Below, piece by piece: positions 19,801 through 26,925 of a stretch of 64,000 bases of DNA. This DNA is from an uncultured Planctomycetaceae bacterium. Its GTDB lineage: Bacteria; Planctomycetota; Phycisphaerae; SM23-33. The DNA lies in the NCBI GenBank assembly GCA_964427875.1, contig CAYRVX010000009.1, positions 27,600 through 91,599 of the forward strand. Direction: 5' to 3'. Both the position numbers and the translations under genes were made by a program. Each line of letters starts with the position of its first letter. Positions within the stretch are counted from its first letter, which is position 1. The notes beneath the pieces were generated by a model, which saw only the letters and a program-made list of their open reading frames with translations, was not told the origin of the DNA and made no database searches.

Positions 19801-20298
19801 GTCCGTTGGCTAAACGGCGAACTGAACATCCTGGCGCTCTTCCGCCACAAGGGACCCGACGAGGACGTTCGCCTCTTCTTCAGCGGGGGCTGGTGCGTCC
19901 GCGACCTGCGGCATCGCCGCTCGTTCGGCCCCCAGCAGGTTTACCCCACGAAGGTATACGGCTCGCGACCGACGTTCCTGGTGGTCGGCCAGAAGCCCCT
20001 TGCCGGCCTGCGGGCGACGCTGTCGAAGGAAACGGTCGCCCCCGGCGAGCGCCCGCGCCTGCGGCTGGAGGTTCCCCGTGCGGCCGGGCTGCACGCCGCG
20101 CGGATCCGCGCGACGGCGCCCGACGGAAGGCCCGCCGACTGGCTGGACCAGGTCGTCCTCGTCGGCGCCGAGCCGAAGGAAGTCACGCTGCCCATCGCCT
20201 GCAACGATCCGCCGGGAGCGTGGAAGATACGCGCGATCGACCTGTTCACCGAGAAGGGCGTCGAGGTCACGCTGAACGTCTCGAAGCCGGGGAGGTAA
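16864..20298 (+). CDS. large secreted glycoside hydrolase, GH42-like catalytic and trimerisation-like domains
   Basis: Signal peptide MKPPSYLVLPLVLLIAAVPA. GDENHVRGSCLSRHCLAAYRKYL...LNASWGSAY resembles the GH42 Cys-cluster/Trp region. VLILSQAEAIGPKEAEVIEAFVRGGGHVIAD resembles the GH42 trimerisation (class-I glutamine-amidotransferase-like) domain. Confidence 0.55.
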   Translation: MKPPSYLVLPLVLLIAAVPARPQDAAELELDHAMSTQFQTPHVKWGPPPGREGLRMILFCNGRGTIPREGVELKQRFGFDVDAVFWARIVDSTKQGWHGGELGTKRMLRLVEKPHDCYVFFEVTPEKLGGEMQYKLLKRITEGSGLVLVGRSDQRILKPKNRLEKLPAFLARTGAKAAFRVGKGRGLILPKRPNIPYDLGWQSDYEAWQERLGRAVLWAAGWQPDASLPEAAVDRPAIDRAGLPGELITVSWRSPAARPLTIDLTLRRRDGVSLSLPAEKTQAREGSLRRSVPRLRAGRYHLDVFVRSKRGKESWATVPLEITSARRVEAVQLQRDSGEVGERVGGTVSLAGPANAKQSVEVRLRDRRERVLDRARLPAKENVRFDFPVRSWMPMLLRVEAAILEPDGAEIAAAHAWFHVVKRHRDRFNFLIWDTPRGAAAPYAEESLARLGATLQLGGGSPARMLAAYDVAWVPYTTRILESFDSGGIMKPSCWNDEAKVLPRIAALAEKYRPARRHGVFAYSLGDENHVRGSCLSRHCLAAYRKYLAGVYRTIDALNASWGSAYRGFGEVRLLDPNDNLAAEARRRRNYPRWYDREAFRSWNYVQYCKKYAAAYRKIDPNALTGFEGAGRFERGDDIDLFVRELGFWSPYPGTADEVLRSIAPKGFPRANWMGYRKDADSLIGKYWRMVTRGCPSVWWWRWDCIGRFHGFLAPHLGPWPATRELVNETKIVRDGLGDLLMRCEMLDGGVAMLFSHPSTYANRIESGATYGGYENNHRAWHRAIRGLGLNFRYVTDRQLRRGEFDAKRYKVLILSQAEAIGPKEAEVIEAFVRGGGHVIADVRPGIYDGRCKPLAAGCLDGLFGIRRTARAAAKKGKGTIRFRDLRLGLDEALCDGGVQLAAGEANGRCGDVPLMIVNKSGRGRVRLLNFSMTSYPRLEDAATPEMAAVILSRVFREAGVRPLARVLAGNTPVRNLEIVRWLNGELNILALFRHKGPDEDVRLFFSGGWCVRDLRHRRSFGPQQVYPTKVYGSRPTFLVVGQKPLAGLRATLSKETVAPGERPRLRLEVPRAAGLHAARIRATAPDGRPADWLDQVVLVGAEPKEVTLPIACNDPPGAWKIRAIDLFTEKGVEVTLNVSKPGR

Positions 20299-20302
20299 CG
20301 CC

Positions 20303-21358
20303 ATGGAACGCCGGCTGTTGGTCTGCGTGTTGGTTTGCCCCGTTGCGGGCGTCGTGCTCGGCGCGGACGACTATCCGATCAAGGTCTACCCGTGCCCGCG
20401 GCTTTCGCCGGCGCCGAAGATCGACGGCGACCTGTCGGAGGCGTGCTGGAAGAAGGCGCCCCTCGTGAGCGGCTTTACGCACTACAACAAGCCCGACCTC
20501 GTGGACGTGCAGACGTCCTTCCGCGTCGGATACGACGAGCGGCACCTCTACTTCGCCGTCCACTGCGACGAGGCAAAGCCCGCGAAGCTCACCGCCAGCC
20601 ACGCCGGCCGAGACTCCAAGGAGTGCTTCCGCGGCGAGGCCGTCGAGATCTTCCTCGACCCCAACCACGATCACGCCAACTACTACCAGTTCGCCGCGAA
20701 CCTGGCGGGGTCGTTCTACGACGCGGTCAAGACCGACCCGATCTGGAACAGCGCTTCGGTCCTGAAGACGAAGCTCGGCGCCCGCGGCTGGGGGCTGGAG
20801 CTGGCCGTCCCGTGGCGGGACCTGGGCGTCGCGGCGCCCGGGCCGGGCAAGGTCCTGGGCTTCAACGTCTGCCGCGACCGCCACGTCGGCCAGGCGAGGC
20901 AATGGTCCAACTGGTCGCAGACCATGGCGAACTTCCACGACCCCAAGCGGTTCGCCCACCTGGTGCTCTCGCCGACGGACGAGATGCTTGGCTCGCTGGG
21001 CGGCGAGTTCCGCAAGGGCGGCCGCGGCGGGCCCGTTCGCATCTTCGGCCGCGAGGGACGCTCCGGAAAGGCCTACCTCACGATGGCCCGCAAGGGGCTG
21101 TCGCGCCTGGACGCGCTGGTGGAGGAGATCGCCAGGGAGGGCAAGGCGGAGCCGCTGGCACCGGCCCGCGCGGAAGTGGCCGAGCGGCTCGAGACGGCCC
21201 GCCACCTCCTCCAGCCGCTCCGCACGCGGGTCCGCTCCGGCAAGCCGCTGGGCGCGGCTAAGTGGGGCCGAATGAGCGTTCAGATCGCCGGGCTGGAGAA
21301 ACGCCTCGGCGAGCTCCTCTGGGAGGCCCGCCTGGCGGCCCTGCTGAAAGAGATATGA
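20303..21358 (+). CDS. secreted CBM9-like (DOMON-like) carbohydrate-binding protein
   Basis: Signal peptide. IDGDLSEACWKKAP...FAVHCDE...FLDPNHDHANYYQF pattern matches the CBM family 9-like fold. Confidence 0.55.
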   Translation: MERRLLVCVLVCPVAGVVLGADDYPIKVYPCPRLSPAPKIDGDLSEACWKKAPLVSGFTHYNKPDLVDVQTSFRVGYDERHLYFAVHCDEAKPAKLTASHAGRDSKECFRGEAVEIFLDPNHDHANYYQFAANLAGSFYDAVKTDPIWNSASVLKTKLGARGWGLELAVPWRDLGVAAPGPGKVLGFNVCRDRHVGQARQWSNWSQTMANFHDPKRFAHLVLSPTDEMLGSLGGEFRKGGRGGPVRIFGREGRSGKAYLTMARKGLSRLDALVEEIAREGKAEPLAPARAEVAERLETARHLLQPLRTRVRSGKPLGAAKWGRMSVQIAGLEKRLGELLWEARLAALLKEI

Positions 21359-21565
21359 CGCCCTGATTCGGGCGCGGCCGCCATACGCACCCCCATCCGG
21401 CCGCAAAAAAGGCTCCAGGCGGAATTTGCATCCGGCCGACTGTAATACGATCTTTAGTGTAGAGGGCACCTACCCCGGCATCGGAGCTCGCGTGGCGGTG
21501 GCACAAGGGGCCGGCGGCAGGTATGGGCCTGAACCTCGATGTAGTGCGCGAGGAGACGTCGTAGA

Positions 21566-22495
21566 ATGCATGCAATGGATGGACAACCCGTCCTGATCGT
21601 CGAGGACGACGAGGACGACTGCCGACTGCTGGAGAGCCGGCTCACGGAGTACGGCCATCGGGTGACGGCGGCACACAGCGGGCAGGAGGCACTCGACCTC
21701 GTGCGCGACTTGGCCCCGCAGTTGATCCTCCTGAAGGTGTCTCTGCCCGGCATGGACGGGTTCGAGGTCTGCCGGCGGCTGAAGGCCGATCGCGACACGC
21801 GGGACATCCCGATCGTCTTCCTCACCGCGGCGGGCGAGGAGATCGACAAGATGAACGGCCTGCACGTCGGCGGGCTGGACTATATCTCCACGCCGTTCGA
21901 CGACGCCGAGCTGCTGGCGCGGACGACCTGGGCCCTGCGCCTGAAGCAGTTGCAGGATGAGCTGAGCGTCCCGGCCGAGGAGGACAAGCTCACCGGGCTG
22001 CTCAACAGCTCGTTCTTCAACGTGCAGTACCATCGCGAATGCAACCGCTCCCGGCGGTACGACTCGCTGTTCGCGGTGGTCATGGTGGACGTCGACCGTT
22101 TCCAGCAGGTCAACAGCCTCCACGGGGCGGCCTTCGGGGACCTGGTCCTGAAGGAGCTGGCCACCATCCTGCGCGAGCAGACCCGCGAGAGCGATTACGT
22201 CGCCCGCTGGGGGAGCAACGAATTCGTCCTGATGCTGCCGGAGGGGGACCTGCCCAAGGCGATTCGGTTCGCCAAGAAGCTCTACGGCGTGATCGCCGCC
22301 CACGAGTTCGGGCCCGCCGAGACGAAGATCCGGCTGACGGTCAGCATCGGCGTGGCCTCCCGGCAGAACCTCGGCGGAAGGGACCCCGGCGAACTGCTCA
22401 AGCTCGCCCGGGAGTCCCTCCACACCGCAAAGGAGCAAGGGGGCGACAAGATCGTCTATCACACGTGCGGCGAATTCAACACGGCGCACCTCTGA
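21566..22495 (+). CDS. response regulator with receiver and degenerate GGDEF domain
   Basis: REC domain (VLIVEDDEDD...D in LILLKVSLPGMDG). GGDEF-fold domain follows, with the signature replaced by GSNEF (RWGSNEFVL). Confidence 0.85.
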   Translation: MHAMDGQPVLIVEDDEDDCRLLESRLTEYGHRVTAAHSGQEALDLVRDLAPQLILLKVSLPGMDGFEVCRRLKADRDTRDIPIVFLTAAGEEIDKMNGLHVGGLDYISTPFDDAELLARTTWALRLKQLQDELSVPAEEDKLTGLLNSSFFNVQYHRECNRSRRYDSLFAVVMVDVDRFQQVNSLHGAAFGDLVLKELATILREQTRESDYVARWGSNEFVLMLPEGDLPKAIRFAKKLYGVIAAHEFGPAETKIRLTVSIGVASRQNLGGRDPGELLKLARESLHTAKEQGGDKIVYHTCGEFNTAHL

Positions 22496-22513
22496 CGAAG
22501 GGCCGATCCCGGC

Positions 22514-23191
22514 TCAGGGGCCTGCCCGCGGCAGCGACGCCGCCTGCATGAGGACCCGCTCGAGCCTCGGCGACGGTCCGCACGTGACGGTGTATGCGTG
22601 CGGGCGATCCGGCGACGGTATCCGCTCCACGTGGCGGGCGGGTCTGCCGTCGGCCCGTTGCCACTCGTGAGTGACCGCAAGCGGCGGGCGGTCGGGCAGG
22701 TAGTAGGGGTCGGAGGGGTCCCGCTGGCGGCTGATCAGCGTCGGGTCGGCGAGGCAGTCGGCGTAGGAGGCGATCGTCCCCTCCTCGGGCGGATGCCTGC
22801 GATGGTAGGCCTGGAGGTCGCCGTCGAAGAGGTGCCACGCGCCGTCGTAGGACACCTCCGTCGCCTCGTGCCCCTTGAGCCGGGGGATGCGGGCGGCCTG
22901 GAAACCGGCGTCGGCGTACAGCACCGCCAGCGTGTTGGCCGTCACGCCGCAGATCGACCAGCCGAACACGTTGAACAGCTTGACCGGGTCGTACACGAAG
23001 TGCCCGGTGAGCCTCTCGACGGCCGGGCAGTAATGGTAGAAGCCCTCGGCCTTGTCCACGAGGAGCCGCCAGACGGCCACGGCAAGCTCCTCGCCGCTCC
23101 TGGCGGCCAGGCGGCCACTGGCGAGCATGGACGCGATGCTGCGGAAGTCCGTCCATTTCGGCGAGATGATATGGGGCGAGATGATCAGCAT
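22514..23191 (-). CDS. transglutaminase-like superfamily protein (putative Cys-His-Asp core)
   Basis: GWSICGVTANTLAVLYADAGFQAARIPRLKGHEATEVSYDGAWHLFDGD fits the transglutaminase-like C...H...D core. The upstream part of the 467-aa track ORF is S/R-rich and was rejected. Start M at about 23191 (alternative at 23257). Confidence 0.4.
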   Translation of the reverse strand: MLIISPHIISPKWTDFRSIASMLASGRLAARSGEELAVAVWRLLVDKAEGFYHYCPAVERLTGHFVYDPVKLFNVFGWSICGVTANTLAVLYADAGFQAARIPRLKGHEATEVSYDGAWHLFDGDLQAYHRRHPPEEGTIASYADCLADPTLISRQRDPSDPYYLPDRPPLAVTHEWQRADGRPARHVERIPSPDRPHAYTVTCGPSPRLERVLMQAASLPRAGP

Positions 23192-23621
23192 CCTGCAACT
23201 CGGAATGCGCTCGCGGGCGAACGATGGGTAAATCACGCCGCAATCGCGGCGCACCATCACTGACGCACCATTCTCGGATGCGACACCAGCAATGCAAGCG
23301 TCCGTGTCAAATGTTGCGGTATGCGACCCCACCGTGTGCAGGCGGATGCAGTGACGGGGGATGGCCACTTCCCGGTCCGGGCGGTGAGCAGCTCGGGTCC
23401 GCAAGAATGCCTTGCCAATCCATTGCGCTGCCGCTATGATAACGGGTGCGTGGGCCTGTGTTCTGCCGGACCACAACGGCTGATGCCCGACTGGCGGAGA
23501 GCTCCTCTGGAGAGCACCGACCGTTAGGGTCTGGCCATCTTGTTTACCGGGCCTGAGTACTGAGGCGCGAAGTCCCGAGCGTTGGGTCGCGCACGGCGGG
23601 ACGGTGTCGCATTGTCGATTC

Positions 23622-24140
23622 ATGAGGTCCACCATGAGCAGCGAAGTGGCAAGCGAGGATCGGCTCCGAACAGCGAGGGAGAAGTGCCTCTCCGCCGAGT
23701 CCCTCGATGAGAAAGGCCGCGCGTTCCAAGACCTCGTTGCAGCCTTCTTTGAAGCGATCCCAGGCATCGAAGTGCAGGCTCGCGAGCAGAAGCTGGCAGA
23801 GGATAGGGCCGACCTTGTCCTATGGAACGACGGGATCGACCCCATTGGGGAGGGCCTGGACCGGGTGATCATCGTCGAGTGCAAGGCGCGAGAGAAGCCT
23901 ATCGGCCAGACCAGCATACGGGAGATGGTTCACAGGATCAAGTCGCACGGTCTGCACTCCGGCGTTCTTGCGACGACATCCAGATTCTCCAAGGCCGCTC
24001 AGGAAGAGGCCCGGCGTGCCCTCTCACACGATCAAGTCAAGCTCCTCCTCCTGGACAGGAAGACCTTCGCCAAAGTCCGCTCTGGCAAGGATGCCCGAGA
24101 TGCACTCAAGCGCCAGTATGCCGACCTCTTCCTGAAGTAG
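23622..24140 (+). CDS. stand-alone Mrr-type restriction-endonuclease-fold (PD-(D/E)xK) protein, paralog 1
   Basis: FQDLVAAFFEAIPGIEV...DLVLWN...VIIVECKAREKPIGQTSIREMVHRIKSHGLHSGVLATTSRFSKAAQEEA matches the Mrr catalytic-domain architecture (D ... E-x-K, then the TTS.F..A.e helix). Local GC is visibly lower than the flanks. Confidence 0.65.
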   Translation: MRSTMSSEVASEDRLRTAREKCLSAESLDEKGRAFQDLVAAFFEAIPGIEVQAREQKLAEDRADLVLWNDGIDPIGEGLDRVIIVECKAREKPIGQTSIREMVHRIKSHGLHSGVLATTSRFSKAAQEEARRALSHDQVKLLLLDRKTFAKVRSGKDARDALKRQYADLFLK

Positions 24141-24169
24141 CTCCGGGCGAGCAAAGTGGAGCATCCCGA

Positions 24170-24706
24170 ATGAAGGCCGCTGCGGTGCGGGCTAGCATAT
24201 TCGATGCCGTGACCTATGCATCGCTCGTGAAACTGGCTGAGCGAGCTCGGAAGCCACTTCAGAAGGGCCGGAAACTCGAGGACTTGGTGCAGTACCTTCT
24301 GAGCACAGTCCCCGGTCTCGAGATCCAGGCACGCGATTTCCGAGGGCCCTCTGAGGAGGTCGATCTCGTTGTCTGGAACCAGTCGCACGACACGGTCTTC
24401 TCAGACTGGGATTCCGTTATCTTCGTCGAGTGTAAGAACTGGTCATCTCGGATCGGCGTTCCGGAGGTGGTGGTGTTCATCGATCGACTCAGACGGGCTG
24501 GCTTGAGGAATGGCCTTCTTGTGGCCCGCAACGGCGTGACGGGCACTGCGCGTACAGATGCCAGGCTGTTGCTGGGAGAGACGCTCCGTGATCATATCCG
24601 TATCGTCGTCATCACCCTCGCCGAACTGGGCGCGATCAGCAGCCTGCACGAGTTCCTGGATCTCTGCAAGAGGAAGTACTGCGGGGCATTCCTGCGGCAG
24701 ATGTGA
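24170..24706 (+). CDS. stand-alone Mrr-type restriction-endonuclease-fold protein, paralog 2
   Basis: LEDLVQYLLSTVPGLEIQAR...DLVVWN...VIFVECKNWSSRIGVPEVVVFIDRLRRAGLRNGLLVA. Same architecture as paralog 1, about one third identical by eye. Confidence 0.65.
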   Translation: MKAAAVRASIFDAVTYASLVKLAERARKPLQKGRKLEDLVQYLLSTVPGLEIQARDFRGPSEEVDLVVWNQSHDTVFSDWDSVIFVECKNWSSRIGVPEVVVFIDRLRRAGLRNGLLVARNGVTGTARTDARLLLGETLRDHIRIVVITLAELGAISSLHEFLDLCKRKYCGAFLRQM

Positions 24707-24829
24707 CTTTGTGTTCGCCTGGCGGGGCAGACCTCCGACCCCGCTGTCCTGACCTGGGAGAGCCGCTCGCCCGAGTCTAGGACTGTCCGCAACGCTGCGA
24801 TCCCCGGTCGAGTCGGCGCGGCTTCGCGC

Positions 24830-26818
24830 CTATTTCTCAGTCGGCACGACGATGCCGCGGATGATGATGTTCTGGCAGAACACGAACACGAGGAAGGTCG
24901 GGATGGCCGCGATGACGAGGGAGGCGTAGACGACGGCCTGGTGGGCCTGCGTCCAGAGCTGGAAGATCCACACCATCAGCGTCCACATCTTCTGGTCGGG
25001 GATGATGATCAGGGCCATCATGAACGCGCTGTAGGCGGCCCGGAAGGCGTTGAGCGCGATGACGGCGAGGATCGGCTTGGAGAGGCTCATCGTGATGGTC
25101 CAGAACTTGGTCCACTCGCCGGCCCCGTCGATGTCGGCCGCCTCGTACAGCTCGCGCGGCAGGCTGTCGAAGAAGCCCTTGAGCAGGAAGATGAAGAACC
25201 CGTTGGCCATGCCCGGCAGCACGAGCGCGGCGAAGGTGTTCAGCAGGCTGACGAACGGGCGGCCTATGACGGCGGGCACGGCCCAGACGCCGACGACCGT
25301 CGCGACGGCCAGCGCCATCGTGAAGCGCAGGACCTCCGGCACGCGGGACAGCAGCCTCGAGAGCAGCCAGACCGTCACGCCGAACGATACGCCGGCGCCC
25401 AGCAGCGGCCAGAGGGGAAACCGCTTCATCAGCAGGAAGGCCGGGATCATCGTCACCTCGCCGGGAAACGCCATGGTCGCCATCAGCAGCAGGAGGATCT
25501 TGTACGTGCTGGGCGGCTTGTAGCGGCTCAGCGCGTAGGCCCCCAGCGGGTTGACAATAAGCGCCGAGCCGATCGCCAGCACGACGTAGATCAACGTGTT
25601 GACGATCCCCCGGCCGTGCAGGAGGAGGTACTCGAAAACGTGCTTGTAGTTGCGCGTGGAGAACTCCGACCGCAGTTCGCCGGTGCGGCTCGTGCAGTCG
25701 TGGTAGTCCGCCTGGGCGATGGGAAGGTCGATCGGCGAGACCTCTTCGACCCCCACGCCGCGTTTCTCGGCGACGAACTGCTCGAAGAGCTGCCTCGGTC
25801 CGAAGACGTCGATCCCCTCGGCCGGGCAGAGCGTGCGCTCCTTCAGGAAGCCCGCCCAGTCCACCGCCATGAACCGGTGCTCGGGGACCAGCGTGGGCAT
25901 GGGCACGTCGTCGAAGCTGCGATAACTCGTGCCGTATTTGGCGTTGACCTCGCCGATGCCGGCGTAGATCTCGGTGGAGAGGTACTTGCGGAAGTTGCTC
26001 GCGAGGGAGCCGGCCAGCCGGACGAATCGCAGGGGGACGATCTCGCGGACGTATTCCTCCCAGTCTTCTCGCTGCCTGCGGTCAGCAGGTGCCCGGGGGG
26101 CGAGGAAGATCTCCTCGTAGCTCTTGCGCGAGGTGCCGTGGGTGCGGTTGTACTCCGCGACGTCGGGCGTGTAGTTGCGAACGAGGAACTGCCGGAAGGC
26201 CCCGTCGAGGTTGCTGATCACGCGCTCGTGGACGGGTCGTGACTCGGCAAAGGGCGCAAACGCCTCTCGCCTCGGGTCGGCCAGCGGCGGGTAGCGGCTG
26301 GGAGGGGCTGGAGGAGGCATGACCCCGTTCCACGTCGTCACGGGGAACTTCATGTGATCGTGGTAGGCCTTGATGTCGCCGTCGAAGCGGTCGAACATGA
26401 GCCGGCGGAACAGCCGGGCGTTGATCGGCAGCAGCTTGCCGCCCTCGGTATGACCCAGCCGCCACCACGGGCACCGCGATCGCCATTCGAGGAAGTCGTC
26501 GAGATACTCGGACTCTGCGGGGGGCGCGATGCTTCGCCAACTGCCGATGCGCTTTCCCCAGGCGGCCTCGGCGTCGCTGATCTTCACGTTGTGCTTGGAC
26601 TCGACGTACTTCTGGAACAGCACGAGGTCGTCGAACCAGAACCGCGGCAGGGGCGTGATGTAGACGCTGTCGGCCTCGGACTTCATCGAGCCGCTGACCA
26701 TGAGCATGAACGGGTAGATCATCGTCAGCGAGCCGGCGATCAGCAGCGTGTAGACCACACCGTACACGACGCGGACCTTCGAGCTGCGCGAGCCGACTGT
26801 GCTGATGATGGGCATCAA
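24830..26818 (-). CDS. carbohydrate ABC transporter permease (MalG-like) with long N-terminal extension
   Basis: C-terminal EAADIDGAGEW...permease signature. Multiple TM helices. 662 aa. Confidence 0.8.
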   Translation of the reverse strand: MMPIISTVGSRSSKVRVVYGVVYTLLIAGSLTMIYPFMLMVSGSMKSEADSVYITPLPRFWFDDLVLFQKYVESKHNVKISDAEAAWGKRIGSWRSIAPPAESEYLDDFLEWRSRCPWWRLGHTEGGKLLPINARLFRRLMFDRFDGDIKAYHDHMKFPVTTWNGVMPPPAPPSRYPPLADPRREAFAPFAESRPVHERVISNLDGAFRQFLVRNYTPDVAEYNRTHGTSRKSYEEIFLAPRAPADRRQREDWEEYVREIVPLRFVRLAGSLASNFRKYLSTEIYAGIGEVNAKYGTSYRSFDDVPMPTLVPEHRFMAVDWAGFLKERTLCPAEGIDVFGPRQLFEQFVAEKRGVGVEEVSPIDLPIAQADYHDCTSRTGELRSEFSTRNYKHVFEYLLLHGRGIVNTLIYVVLAIGSALIVNPLGAYALSRYKPPSTYKILLLLMATMAFPGEVTMIPAFLLMKRFPLWPLLGAGVSFGVTVWLLSRLLSRVPEVLRFTMALAVATVVGVWAVPAVIGRPFVSLLNTFAALVLPGMANGFFIFLLKGFFDSLPRELYEAADIDGAGEWTKFWTITMSLSKPILAVIALNAFRAAYSAFMMALIIIPDQKMWTLMVWIFQLWTQAHQAVVYASLVIAAIPTFLVFVFCQNIIIRGIVVPTEK

Positions 26819-26925
26819 CTATCCTTGGGTGTTCACCGCGGAGGCGCAGAGGACGCAGGGCATATGCATGATTTCGGATTCTCCTCTGCGTTCTCCGCGC
26901 CTCTGCGGTTCAGCCAACGCGGGTG

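Noticed and set aside
22476-23917. Upstream S/R-rich 240 codons of the 467-aa ORF, and the 273-aa ORF 22476-23297
   Set aside because: Low-complexity Ser/Arg-rich sequence with no motifs. Only the C-terminal 226 codons (transglutaminase-like) look like real protein. The in-frame extension is probably non-coding.
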